DNA of 52,935 nt, taken from NCBI GenBank assembly GCA_024614105.1, contig GCA_024614105.1_4894.1. The stretch is one strand, 5' to 3'. This document shows positions 17,459-27,079 of this stretch, in pieces. How positions within the stretch are numbered: position 1 is the stretch's first letter; the number at the start of each line of letters is the position of its first letter. A program made the translations under genes and the position numbers. Origin of the DNA: a phage. The notes under the pieces were generated by a model. It saw only the letters and a list, made by a program, of their open reading frames with translations, was not told where the DNA came from and ran no database searches.

Positions 17459-18351
17459 GTGACATCTTTGCTGGAATTACTGATGCTGCCAATAACTTGT
17501 ACCAAGACGCCCGTGACAGACTCATGGGCGACGGTACAACCACCTTACGCTTCCGCAACTGCGGAGGCATTAAGATGGATGCTGTCACTAATGAAGAGCA
17601 TCAGTCTGACCTTGACATCGCTGACAATGAACTTGAGTCCGGGGCTAAGGCTTCGGACCATGCTGCTGTACAACCAAAAGTTATTACTGTAACTGGCGTG
17701 GTAGTTGGCTATATTGACGAGTCGATTCAAGAGTCAACAGTTAGTGACGTAACCGGCTTACGGTCTATGGATTTCTTGGATGATATTCAGCTTCCACAGG
17801 TAGTGTCTACTGTCCTCGAAGGAACAAGGGACTTTGCTGTTAACAAGCTAGTCTCATTCATAGACTGGGGCGGTTTAGACGCCACCATTTCACGCTCTTT
17901 AGTTCCATGGCTTCCTGACTTTAGTATAGCTGAACAACTTAAGTCTTCGGACAACATGAGGATTGAACAGGTATACCGTACACTGCTGGATTTACAGAAA
18001 AACGTTATTTACTGTGACGTTGATACTGGTATCTTCAAGTATACGAATATGCTTTTGAAGTCTGTTCGTGTTGTGCAGGAGAAAGATGGTTCAGCTACGT
18101 TTACCCTTACGTTCCGTGAAGTCATTGAAGTACCGATTGTAGTTACAAACGCTGTAGCCGCTAAGTCGACAGGTCGCCCTGCTAATAACGGCACCAAGAA
18201 AAGCGGACGAGCTCAAGGCCAGGGTGACGCCACCAGTAAGAAGGATATAAACACAACTACACCGATTAGCGAGAAGCGTGTAAACGATAACCGCGGTTTT
18301 GGTGTAACACTCGGTGACATGTTTGGCTTTAACCTACGAGGCATATTCTGA
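17455..18351 (+). CDS. tail/baseplate assembly protein
   Basis: 298 aa, ATGA overlap with tape measure stop. Confidence 0.45.
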   Translation: MSDIFAGITDAANNLYQDARDRLMGDGTTTLRFRNCGGIKMDAVTNEEHQSDLDIADNELESGAKASDHAAVQPKVITVTGVVVGYIDESIQESTVSDVTGLRSMDFLDDIQLPQVVSTVLEGTRDFAVNKLVSFIDWGGLDATISRSLVPWLPDFSIAEQLKSSDNMRIEQVYRTLLDLQKNVIYCDVDTGIFKYTNMLLKSVRVVQEKDGSATFTLTFREVIEVPIVVTNAVAAKSTGRPANNGTKKSGRAQGQGDATSKKDINTTTPISEKRVNDNRGFGVTLGDMFGFNLRGIF

Positions 18352-18743
18352 TGATATTTACCACAACTGCTTTCCTTGACATTATAGGTAATGATGGTTC
18401 TGGTATTTATGACTTGGAACCTACCTCTGATGGTAAGCAATCAATATCAATTTCTATCGCTGGATATACGTATAACATTGAGTTGTACTATAACACGGTA
18501 GGTCAGCTCTGGCAAGCTACAGTGACTGACATATCAAGTAATGCTGTACTTTGTTCCAGTTATGCTTTACAATATGGGCGTATTGCTTTTGGTAACTGGG
18601 ACACGCGTATAGCGTTGCTGGTAAGTGACAAATCCTCCAGCCGCATCGGTCCTATGACTACAGATGACATGGGAGGACGTTGCAGTGTCTACATCGTCGA
18701 CAAAACAGCCTACCCGTCAGTTTGGCCGCGCGTTAAAGCTTGA
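18351..18743 (+). CDS. tail/baseplate protein
   Basis: 130 aa, TGATG coupling. Confidence 0.4.
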   Translation: MIFTTTAFLDIIGNDGSGIYDLEPTSDGKQSISISIAGYTYNIELYYNTVGQLWQATVTDISSNAVLCSSYALQYGRIAFGNWDTRIALLVSDKSSSRIGPMTTDDMGGRCSVYIVDKTAYPSVWPRVKA

Positions 18744-19644
18744 GGTCAGCAACGGTAAAGATGAAGGCATAATCATCTCAAATCTTCGTGTTACCTTTGA
18801 CATTCAAAAGGGTAACACGAAGCATCCAAATAAAGCGACAATCACAGTGTTTAACTTGACTGAATCCAACCGTTATAAGTTGGCGTCAGGTACCTGGGAT
18901 TACGTCCGTCTCTCTGTGGGCTACGGTCTTGACAACATAGTTTATCGTTTGATATTCGAAGGCGATATTACTCGCGCTAACGACCAACGAAACGGTCTTG
19001 ACATACAGACTGTCCTCGAATGTGGCGATGCCCGTAAGTCTTACAACGATGGCTTTGTTAATACGACACTAGCTGCTGGTTCTACCTACGACAGTGTTGT
19101 TGATGTTTGCCTGGCCAGTATGCCAAAAGTTGAAGAAGGGTACGTCTGCCTTGACAGCAATAAACCAGCTTTCCTGAGAGCACGTACTCTGTTCGGACAA
19201 ACGCACAGCATACTCGACCAGGTTGCTGCTGCCAACAAGGCTACCTGGTCTATACAAGACAATAAACTCAACATCATTCCTAACGACTCTGTTACTGACT
19301 ACGACGTTGTTGTGCTGTCAGAATCGTCTGGTATGATTGGTGCTCCTCGCGGCACAGACAAAGGTCTTGAGGTTACTTGCAACCTGAATCCTACTCTGGC
19401 CATCGGTGGTCTTGTACAAGTAAATTCTATGTTTACACAGTACAACGGACAGTATAAAATCGACACTATAAGATTTCGGGGTGACAATAAACCGAAAGGA
19501 CCGTGGCGTGCTGACTTGACGGTTCTCGGTGGACAATTTGCGAAGAAAGTTCGTCGACTCAAGAAGCCACGCAAACTGTCGAAGATTGAGTACGACTATG
19601 TTACTGAACCCGGTGTTGACCATACAGTAGGCGGAGGTAGCTGA
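18685..19644 (+). CDS. baseplate hub-like protein
   Basis: ORF track start is 18664; GTG at 18685 has RBS GGAGGA 7 nt upstream and reduces overlap with upstream gene; start uncertain. Confidence 0.45.
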   Translation: MSTSSTKQPTRQFGRALKLEVSNGKDEGIIISNLRVTFDIQKGNTKHPNKATITVFNLTESNRYKLASGTWDYVRLSVGYGLDNIVYRLIFEGDITRANDQRNGLDIQTVLECGDARKSYNDGFVNTTLAAGSTYDSVVDVCLASMPKVEEGYVCLDSNKPAFLRARTLFGQTHSILDQVAAANKATWSIQDNKLNIIPNDSVTDYDVVVLSESSGMIGAPRGTDKGLEVTCNLNPTLAIGGLVQVNSMFTQYNGQYKIDTIRFRGDNKPKGPWRADLTVLGGQFAKKVRRLKKPRKLSKIEYDYVTEPGVDHTVGGGS

Positions 19645-20291
19645 TGTCAGCTATTGACTATAATACAGCAACACTTGATGAGGCCATTGAGGCTGCACTG
19701 TTTGCTGCAATGATTGGTAAGCGCCACTGTTTACCTGGCCGCATAGTATCGTTTAACAGCAAGCTACAGACTGTTGTTGTTGAACCTATGGTTAGTGCCG
19801 AAAACGAAGATGGTTCAATGAGACCGCTACCACCAGCAGCTGATGTTCCTTTGTTCCAGCTAGGCGGTGGTGATTTTGTTATAACGCTTGAACCAAAGAA
19901 AGGCGACCCGTGCTTACTTCTTGTTGCTGACAGATGTATTGACGTATGGTATGAGCTGGCTGAAAACGCTATACCAGGTGACTTCCGACAGAATGACCTG
20001 TCAGACTGCTTCTGCCTTGTGGGCTTCAGACCTAAGCCTCTGAAGATAACAAACTGGATGGAAGGTGTAACTATCCGTAAGGTTGACGGTAGTCACTTTA
20101 TCAATATTAATAATGCTGGCAAGGTATCGATAAAGGCTACAGCAGTGGACTTACTTGATACTCCAACACTTAATGCACCAAACACAGAAGCCAAGTTTAA
20201 AGAAGTTAACATTGGCGGCGTTAAGATGTCCAAGCACAGACACCAAGAAAACGGTGATGGTGGTGGTATTACTAACGGCCCGCAAAACTAG
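19644..20291 (+). CDS. baseplate protein (spike/plug-like)
   Basis: 215 aa; RBS GGAGG; position in baseplate block. Confidence 0.45.
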   Translation: MSAIDYNTATLDEAIEAALFAAMIGKRHCLPGRIVSFNSKLQTVVVEPMVSAENEDGSMRPLPPAADVPLFQLGGGDFVITLEPKKGDPCLLLVADRCIDVWYELAENAIPGDFRQNDLSDCFCLVGFRPKPLKITNWMEGVTIRKVDGSHFININNAGKVSIKATAVDLLDTPTLNAPNTEAKFKEVNIGGVKMSKHRHQENGDGGGITNGPQN

Positions 20292-20301
20292 GTAACCCAC
20301 A

Positions 20302-20673
20302 ATGCGAACTAGACGACTCGATTCAAACTGGGACTGGAACTTTGGGCGTGGCCGACTTGACTACGCCGATACGTCTGAGTCCATTGAACAACGCATCGTG
20401 CAGATACTCCGCTGTTATACTATGGACTGGGTACATGACCTGGACTATGGCATTGACTGGTTCGGACTAATGGAGAAGCCTGTTCGATGGGCTGACCTGG
20501 AAGCTGCAATCAAGACAGCAATACTTGCGGAGTATGGAGTTAGTTCTATCGAGAGCTTTACCCTGAGCTTCGACCCTGACTCACGTCACGCTGTTTATTC
20601 GGTTGAGGTTAATGATATTTATCACAACACAACCTCTATTAACAGAAGTATTAATTTAACCGGAGAAAACTGA
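20302..20673 (+). CDS. small baseplate wedge protein
   Basis: 123 aa gene immediately upstream of the baseplate J-like gene. Confidence 0.4.
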   Translation: MRTRRLDSNWDWNFGRGRLDYADTSESIEQRIVQILRCYTMDWVHDLDYGIDWFGLMEKPVRWADLEAAIKTAILAEYGVSSIESFTLSFDPDSRHAVYSVEVNDIYHNTTSINRSINLTGEN

Positions 20674-21845
20674 TGGGCTCTGTAACTAGCACAGGCTATG
20701 TTCCCGTCAAGCTCGACGACTGGATCAGCAGATTCGAAACGCTCTTCCGTCGTGTGTACGGCGCGGATATTGATTTGTCAGCTAAGTCTGCTGACGGACA
20801 AATGGTTGGTATTCTGGCGCAGATGTTTGCAGACCAGGACGAGCAAGTTGCAATTCTGTTTTCTATGCTTGACCCTAACCAGGCATCTGGTGTATACGTA
20901 GACCAGTTCCTTGCCTACGTAGCGCTTCAGCGTAAAGGCGAGATGTCAACGCTGTTGACCAGGGTTAAGATTGAAGGTGACCGTAACACTATTATACGTA
21001 CTCCTTACTACGTAACTGACAGCTCGAATAACGTGTACCAGCTTAACTCCACTGTTGCGCTGGATGATAACGGTGTAGTCGAAACAAGCTTCAGTTCTGT
21101 TAAGACTGGCCGTTTTGTCGTACTTGCAAACGATGAGCTTAAACCACAGACCATCGTTTCTGGTGTGCGTAAAGTTACCAACATGCAAGTGTCGTCTGGC
21201 GGTGCGTCCACTGAGCTCGACTCTGAGGCAATAGACCGTGCGTATAACTCTTACGGCAAACCTGGCACGAACAGCTTAGACGGTATTGTTGCTGAGATTC
21301 GTCAGATGACTGATGTTATCGCGTGTAACGGTTACGAGAACGAAGAAGATACTCGGGACCCGTTAACTGGCTTACCTCCTCACAGTATGCAGATTGTTGT
21401 GGATGGTGGTTCGCCTGCTGCTATTGCTGACTGTATCTTCCGCCGTAAGACTAATGGCTGTAAGCAGATTGGCACTGTGTCTTATCAGATTACGGATAAG
21501 TCAGGTACACAGCGCACAATGAAATGGAGTCAGCCTACTTATGTTGAGGCTTATGCTTCACTCGTTGTAGCCCGTAAGGAACTGTTTACCGACGTTTCCG
21601 AGGAACTTATTAAGAATGCTATTCTGTCCAAGGTATACAATATCGGTGAAGAGGTATCAACCTACGAACTGGGTCAGCTGATTCAAGAAGCGAATGGCGT
21701 AAGCCCTAACTTCTACATCAAGACTTTCTTTGTGGGTAAATCAGCTAATCCGTCGACAGATACGATTCTGCGTATCACTGCTCTTGAGCGTGCAATATTC
21801 GCTGCAGACCGTATCACTATTGCAGTGGTGAATGCTGATGGCTGA
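20673..21845 (+). CDS. baseplate J-like protein
   Basis: 390 aa; TGATG coupling; size and position match baseplate J family members of contractile-tail phages. Confidence 0.5.
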   Translation: MGSVTSTGYVPVKLDDWISRFETLFRRVYGADIDLSAKSADGQMVGILAQMFADQDEQVAILFSMLDPNQASGVYVDQFLAYVALQRKGEMSTLLTRVKIEGDRNTIIRTPYYVTDSSNNVYQLNSTVALDDNGVVETSFSSVKTGRFVVLANDELKPQTIVSGVRKVTNMQVSSGGASTELDSEAIDRAYNSYGKPGTNSLDGIVAEIRQMTDVIACNGYENEEDTRDPLTGLPPHSMQIVVDGGSPAAIADCIFRRKTNGCKQIGTVSYQITDKSGTQRTMKWSQPTYVEAYASLVVARKELFTDVSEELIKNAILSKVYNIGEEVSTYELGQLIQEANGVSPNFYIKTFFVGKSANPSTDTILRITALERAIFAADRITIAVVNADG

Positions 21846-22491
21846 ATATCATAAACTACTTATTCAACAGTACGCTGATAAGCCAAAAGCTGTTGCAACT
21901 ATTAAGGGCTTCGATGATGCAATTCAAGGTATCTGGGACGGCGCCCAACAAGTTGTTGATAGCCTTAATATCGATAAAGCTTTTGGTAAAGGTCTTGATA
22001 ATGTTGCAGCCCGCGTCGGCGCATCTCGTGTTCTCAAGAAAGGCGTAGACCGTAAGTTCTTCGGCTTTACTAACAAAGTACCAGACGTGCTTGGCTTCGG
22101 TGGTTCGTCAGGTAATAAAGGTGGCCCGTTCTATCGCTACGGCGCATCAGTATGGGACCCGGTAATTCTTGACGACATTGACCTGCGTACTTACATCAAG
22201 ATGAAAATCTGGAAGAACATGCAAGATGGTACTATGCCGTATTTAATAGACTTCCTGATTGAATTCTTCGGAATGAATAACTTCGTTATAACTGACAACG
22301 AAGATATGACAATGACTCTGGAGATATACAGTACTCTGACTCCGCTTAAGCAAGTGCTGATTCAGAACTACGATATACTTCCGCGCCCCACAGGGGTGAA
22401 GATTGAACTTAACACGAGCGTTGACGTCACGGATAGTCTGTACCGTTACGCTACTGTAAACTTACCAGCACAGGTGAATGTATATGGCTGA
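21832..22491 (+). CDS. tail protein
   Basis: 219 aa between J-like gene and fibre gene. Confidence 0.45.
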   Translation: MLMAEYHKLLIQQYADKPKAVATIKGFDDAIQGIWDGAQQVVDSLNIDKAFGKGLDNVAARVGASRVLKKGVDRKFFGFTNKVPDVLGFGGSSGNKGGPFYRYGASVWDPVILDDIDLRTYIKMKIWKNMQDGTMPYLIDFLIEFFGMNNFVITDNEDMTMTLEIYSTLTPLKQVLIQNYDILPRPTGVKIELNTSVDVTDSLYRYATVNLPAQVNVYG

Positions 22492-23818
22492 TGTACAAAC
22501 AAGACCCGATAACGACATCTTCGCCAGCTCCGCGGGTACTGGTGAACTGCTGCCGTTCGGTGACCTTGCTCGAGGCTGGGGTGCAACCCTTGGCTACTCG
22601 GAAGGTATTCCTCCGATGGAGTGGTTTAACTTTATTGGTAACCGTACTGACAAAGGTATCCACTACATCCTTCAGCAGGGTGTTGATATATGGGTAGAAA
22701 CTGAGACCTACCCGGTTGGTGCACTGGTTAAAGTTAACGCCGACAATATGCTGTACCGTTGTCTGGTGCAGAACATTAATATGTCACCGTCTGCTAACCC
22801 TACACAATGGCGCCCTGTACTTGACCTGACTGCGGCAACTGCGGCAGCACGACAGGTTGGTAAAGCCTCTGGTAACGTAATCCAGGTCGGTGCATTTGGC
22901 TTAGGTGGCAACGCTGAGGTAGTTACTAATGCTAACAGCATTGTAAACGACGGTATCTACCAGCTTCCAGCGTCAGGTACGGGCGGACCTACTAACGGCG
23001 TTGAGACTGAGATTCTGCATATCAACTGGGATGAGAAAAACGCTTCACAGTGGGGACGCACCAAGGGTAAGCGCGTAATAGCTATGCGCGAGAAGGTTAA
23101 CAATACCTGGGGCGGATGGTCATACTCTTACGGGCCTGATAATAAACCTACGGCAGCTGAGCTGGGTATTAACCAGGACTTCATCCCTATGGATGGTTCT
23201 GACTCTATCCGTGGTAACTTAGGTACTGTTGGCTGGCTGCATATTGCACGTACTACTTCCGACTTGCTACGTGCTGCTAACTCCGCCGGCGTAGGTACTG
23301 TTGAATATTCTGGTAACATCGCAGGTGGTACTGCTGTTCAGGAGTTGCTGACTTCAGTTTCTGTCGCGGCTAACAGTAATGTTGTCACTGCGGCTCGCTG
23401 GGGGTCTGTACCTATGTCGCACATCCAGCACATCCTTGTGGCTGGCGGTGCTACCCAGATTAACATGGCGGTATGTCGCCCTGGTGGTATTGCCGACCGC
23501 CGTACAGTAGCTTTGCAGGTGGATGGTCTTAACAACCGAGTAACTACCACAAATAGCTTTATTTTATGTGAGAATGGTGTTAGAGTATATTCACCTAACA
23601 ACCCGCAGCCTATCGATACTTCAGCCGGTAACGTTCGGGGTATTCGACTTGGCGCTCGTATTGCAGCTGGTGTATCTGAGTCAACGTTCTACCCAGGCCA
23701 TGTAATGACTGGCTGGCGCTTCGGCAATAAGAAAGAGCTGCGCGGTGGTACATACTGGTCAGCGCCGTTACAGTATTATATCAACGGCACTTGGATTAAC
23801 GTAAGCAACGTATCGTAA
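22478..23818 (+). CDS. tail fibre protein
   Basis: 446 aa, Gly/Thr/Asn-rich C-terminal half, followed by two chaperone-like paralogs. Confidence 0.5.
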   Translation: MYMADVQTRPDNDIFASSAGTGELLPFGDLARGWGATLGYSEGIPPMEWFNFIGNRTDKGIHYILQQGVDIWVETETYPVGALVKVNADNMLYRCLVQNINMSPSANPTQWRPVLDLTAATAAARQVGKASGNVIQVGAFGLGGNAEVVTNANSIVNDGIYQLPASGTGGPTNGVETEILHINWDEKNASQWGRTKGKRVIAMREKVNNTWGGWSYSYGPDNKPTAAELGINQDFIPMDGSDSIRGNLGTVGWLHIARTTSDLLRAANSAGVGTVEYSGNIAGGTAVQELLTSVSVAANSNVVTAARWGSVPMSHIQHILVAGGATQINMAVCRPGGIADRRTVALQVDGLNNRVTTTNSFILCENGVRVYSPNNPQPIDTSAGNVRGIRLGARIAAGVSESTFYPGHVMTGWRFGNKKELRGGTYWSAPLQYYINGTWINVSNVS

Positions 23819-23827
23819 AGGTTTATT

Positions 23828-24370
23828 ATGACTAAGCATAAGGTGTTCCGTAACTTTACCATGTACCATCCCGAGGTAACAGAAGAGAACGAGAACATTG
23901 TAAATGCTGGTGCAATCTTCCTCAAGGATGAGGAAGGTCGCGACTGGTATAATCTCGCAAAAGAGTTCGCTATCAAATACGAAGGCGCAACGTTCTTGCA
24001 GGTAGATAAGAACGGAGTTGTAATTGCGGCACATACCGACCCAACTATGTTCCATCCTGTGGGTTGCGATATGGTTGTAACTTACGACCCGCCTTTCAAC
24101 ATCTTCGAGACGGTTGGCGAATGGCTGTTTGACGGTAAAGAGTTTACGCTTAACGCACCAATGATGAAGGAGATTGCTCGTGAGCGTAAAGAACAAGCTC
24201 TGGCCATCGCTTCGACCAAGGTCAGTGTTTTACGTGACACAGTTGACAGTGGCAATGCTACCGATGAAGAAAAAGAGCTATTTGCTAAATGGCGTGATTA
24301 CAGGATTGCTGTCAATCGTCTTGACATTAACCTTGGTTCCGCTATGGTTGTTCCACCTATGCCGGAGTAA
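23828..24370 (+). CDS. tail fibre assembly protein
   Basis: 180 aa; paralogous to next gene (shared ...KD..G.DW..LAKE.A...E...VDK...V.A...DPT.F.PV.CD..V..). Confidence 0.5.
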   Translation: MTKHKVFRNFTMYHPEVTEENENIVNAGAIFLKDEEGRDWYNLAKEFAIKYEGATFLQVDKNGVVIAAHTDPTMFHPVGCDMVVTYDPPFNIFETVGEWLFDGKEFTLNAPMMKEIARERKEQALAIASTKVSVLRDTVDSGNATDEEKELFAKWRDYRIAVNRLDINLGSAMVVPPMPE

Positions 24371-24373
24371 ACC

Positions 24374-24877
24374 ATGCAACTGTCATTTTTCAACTTTACA
24401 GAATACAACCCACAAAGGACGGCGGAGACACTTCCGCTGATTAAGCAAGGCGTTGTATTCATCAAAGATAACAATGGTAATGACTGGCGCAAGCTGGCTA
24501 AAGAGCTGGCTAAGAATAAAGAGCTGGTTCATTACATTGTTGTGGACAAGTACAATGCTGTTGCCGCGTATGCTAACGATCCTACGCCACTGTTTCCTGT
24601 TAATTGCGATTTGCATATTGTTGAGTCTGTCCCTGTTGCTAAGTTTGCGGATTGCTATTACGAATGGTCGTACGTTAATGGCAAGTTTGTTAAGCACTCT
24701 GAACTGCAGAAGGTGATTGCAGAAGAACGCCTGCAGGAAGAACAGGCTTGGGTTGAAGGACAACTCGACACTGAAGAAGATGAGGAACGTATTATCGCTC
24801 TCCATAAATTCCGTGCCGATTTGTTGCTGCTTGTTATGTCAGATGCGCCGCATATCGACTGGCCTGTACGACCGTAA
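24374..24877 (+). CDS. tail fibre assembly protein (paralog)
   Basis: 167 aa; tandem paralog of 23828-24370; followed by strong terminator. Confidence 0.5.
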   Translation: MQLSFFNFTEYNPQRTAETLPLIKQGVVFIKDNNGNDWRKLAKELAKNKELVHYIVVDKYNAVAAYANDPTPLFPVNCDLHIVESVPVAKFADCYYEWSYVNGKFVKHSELQKVIAEERLQEEQAWVEGQLDTEEDEERIIALHKFRADLLLLVMSDAPHIDWPVRP

Positions 24878-24884
24878 CTAATTG

Positions 24885-24926
24885 CTACCAGCAAGCTTGT
24901 GCAGTTGCTGGTAGTGTTTCTTTTAC
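24885..24926 (+). terminator. intrinsic terminator after tail fibre assembly genes
   Basis: Perfect 10-bp stem CTACCAGCAA / TTGCTGGTAG, 10-nt loop, T-rich tail. Confidence 0.65.
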
Positions 24927-24945
24927 GCTTGAGTCGTGCTATAAT
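24917..24945 (+). promoter_or_regulatory. possible promoter of the lysis cassette (good -10, weak -35)
   Basis: -10 TATAAT 24940-24945; -35 TTTCTT at 17-nt spacing. Confidence 0.35.
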
Positions 24946-24979
24946 CCACTCTGGGTATACAATAAACCGGAGATATGGG

Positions 24980-25240
24980 ATGTTTGACTACAACGACAAG
25001 TCTTCCCTTATTGGCCAGTTTGTGGCTTGGGTAACAATAACAGTAAGTACTTTATCACTGAGTGATTGGGGTACTCTTATCGGTATACTCAGTTCCTTGG
25101 TGATGCTGATTGTTGTTACGTATAACCAAACACGGCGAACCAAAATTATGTCGGATTATTACAATCGTAAGAAGCCGATAGAGGATGAAGTCGCATCGAA
25201 AGAAGAGGTGTTGCGTGAGTCTGAAATCAGCAGCGACTAA
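24980..25240 (+). CDS. holin (two predicted TM helices)
   Basis: 86 aa from ATG 24980 (MFDYNDKSS); hydrophobic stretches LIGQFVAWVTITVSTLSL and WGTLIGILSSLVMLIVV, charged C-terminus; directly upstream of endolysin. Confidence 0.55.
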   Translation: MFDYNDKSSLIGQFVAWVTITVSTLSLSDWGTLIGILSSLVMLIVVTYNQTRRTKIMSDYYNRKKPIEDEVASKEEVLRESEISSD

Positions 25241-25252
25241 AGGAGGTTGCAG

Positions 25253-25760
25253 CGTGCTGGCTATCATCGGGCTTGTATTGTCGATGACGAGTACGCATGT
25301 CCGTACTAATAAAGAAGGTCTTGAAATAATCGGTAATGCAGAAGGTTGTATGCGCAACCCGTATGTATGCCCTACTGGTTATTTAACAGTTGGCATTGGT
25401 AGCCGCATCTACAGCGATGAGCCCGCTGTACGGCGCGAAGGCCTGACAGACCAGGAGATTGCTGACCGCTGGGTCAAGAATATTCAAGAGGCCGAAAAGT
25501 GTGTTAATGACTGGTTCCACGGTAAAGATATGAACACGAACCAGTTCAGCGCCATGACCTCTATGGTATTTAACCATGGTTGCACTAGACTCCGTAAGAA
25601 CAAGGATGGTTCACCTACCAAAATATATACTGCTGCTCGTAAACAAAACTGGACTGAAATGTGTAACAGCATAACGGACTGGGATATGGGTGGTAAGTAC
25701 AGGGGCTTGACAATACGTAAGCAAAAGGAAAAAGCGCTATGTCTAAAACCGGTGCAATAA
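25253..25760 (+). CDS. endolysin, lysozyme-like with N-terminal signal-anchor (SAR-type)
   Basis: GTG 25253 with RBS AAAGGAGG 7 nt upstream; alternative ATG 25185 would add MKSHRKKRCC; weakly hydrophobic LAIIGLVLSMTST then lysozyme-like E...C/D...T..GIG block. Confidence 0.7.
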
Positions 25761-26068
25761 TTGCAGTTATTCTCGGCCTCGCCATTGTGTTCCTGTCTTT
25801 GTGGGTACGTGAGCTGAAAGGCGATATTACCGACCGCGACGGTATAATCAAACAGCTTAACAAGACTAATGGCGAGTTGTCTGCTGCTAATCAAACGCTG
25901 ATTAATTCTGTAAAGGATGAACGCGAGGCCTCAGCCAAACGCGCCAGTAAGATAGCTGAACTTGAACAACAACTGCGTGATAAGAAGGGTAAATATGACG
26001 AAGCGACAAAAGATGATTCGTGCGCTAATACCGTTGCTCCTTCTGCCGTTCTTGAACTCATGCGCTGA
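25739..26068 (+). CDS. i-spanin (Rz-like)
   Basis: 109 aa; N-terminal TM helix (AIIAVILGLAIVFLSLWV) then charged coiled-coil-like periplasmic domain. Confidence 0.6.
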   Translation: MSKTGAIIAVILGLAIVFLSLWVRELKGDITDRDGIIKQLNKTNGELSAANQTLINSVKDEREASAKRASKIAELEQQLRDKKGKYDEATKDDSCANTVAPSAVLELMR

Positions 26069-26270
26069 TAAGCCTGAAGTTGTTTATGTTGACAGGGTAG
26101 TCAAGGTTTATCCGCCTGGTGCGTACCTGGTTAAATGCCATAAGCCTGAATTAACAGGTAATACCTGGAAGGCAATAGGTCAGTTAGCTATTGAACGTGG
26201 AACAGCTCTTGATGATTGTGCAGACAAGATGGACAGCATAATTAGCTGGAGTAACAAAGGGGCCGAGTGA
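25995..26270 (+). CDS. o-spanin (Rz1-like outer membrane lipoprotein)
   Basis: Starts in +1 frame inside i-spanin gene; RBS AAGAAGGG; signal peptide with lipobox LNSC; extends past i-spanin stop. Confidence 0.6.
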   Translation: MTKRQKMIRALIPLLLLPFLNSCADKPEVVYVDRVVKVYPPGAYLVKCHKPELTGNTWKAIGQLAIERGTALDDCADKMDSIISWSNKGAE

Positions 26271-26285
26271 TGGCCCCTTTATTTG
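26257..26285. terminator. bidirectional terminator between convergent lysis (+) and replication (-) blocks
   Basis: AAGGGGCC / GGCCCCTT stem around the o-spanin stop codon, T-rich on both sides. Confidence 0.55.
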
Positions 26286-26286
26286 C

Positions 26287-26565
26287 TTAGGCCTGCAGGA
26301 AGCCTGGGAACATATCAGCGCGTAAAGCAGCGCCCTTCAGTAACCAGATTTGGTCTTTAGCCTGTGCAAGCGCATTGTCCTGAGCTACTTGTTTGCCGAT
26401 GTCTGCATTGAACTCTGCAGGGTCAACACAACCAGAAGTACCTACACCTAACTGGAAGCCATCCAGCGTTGCCACACATACAGTTACAGTTGTATTCGGT
26501 ACCTGCCAGAAATGATACTCCAGCTTTTCTACAAGAGCATTAACTTCTTTAAAATCTACTTTCAT
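26287..26565 (-). CDS. hypothetical protein
   Basis: 92 aa; TAATG coupling to upstream TraR-like gene; last gene of the - strand block before the convergent terminator. Confidence 0.4.
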   Translation of the reverse strand: MKVDFKEVNALVEKLEYHFWQVPNTTVTVCVATLDGFQLGVGTSGCVDPAEFNADIGKQVAQDNALAQAKDQIWLLKGAALRADMFPGFLQA

Positions 26566-26789
26566 TATCGCTTTCCTTTCTTCTCGTTATACTGCGCGCA
26601 GGATGCACACAATACTGTGCCTGGTAATAGCTGACGACGCTTTTCTTCAATATCATCCCCACACTGGTAGCACGTCAGCGGGCTTACGCCGGTATATCTG
26701 ACACGGTTCGACAGTGCTGCGTCCCGGGCAACTTGTTCAGCTTCAGAAGCCATATCAGTAATGTCCGATGTGCGCATAGCCTCAATCAT
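26565..26789 (-). CDS. DksA/TraR-family C4 zinc-finger protein
   Basis: 74 aa with CYQC-x17-CASC. Confidence 0.6.
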   Translation of the reverse strand: MIEAMRTSDITDMASEAEQVARDAALSNRVRYTGVSPLTCYQCGDDIEEKRRQLLPGTVLCASCAQYNEKKGKR

Positions 26790-27064
26790 TATTTTCCCTC
26801 TTCTTCACAATACAGGGTTTCTAATTCATCGCATAGCTGTTGCGTCCAGTAATCATCCTCGCCACGTATCTGGAAGCACAGCACAGGAATATCCTGTCGT
26901 AAAATATCACTCTTGTAAATCTTTTTGGCAACAGCTTCTGGTTCTTCCTGGAATATCTTCATAAACCAGTCCAGGCCTGACGTGCAGCCTGAGGCGTCTA
27001 GTATCTCCTTTGCCCTTAACTTAAGCGTTTCATCTACTTCATACTCTAAACCTATCTTAGACAT
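26789..27064 (-). CDS. hypothetical protein
   Basis: 91 aa acidic protein immediately downstream of DNA polymerase gene. Confidence 0.4.
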   Translation of the reverse strand: MSKIGLEYEVDETLKLRAKEILDASGCTSGLDWFMKIFQEEPEAVAKKIYKSDILRQDIPVLCFQIRGEDDYWTQQLCDELETLYCEEEGK

Positions 27065-27079
27065 ATTATAGACCTTTAA

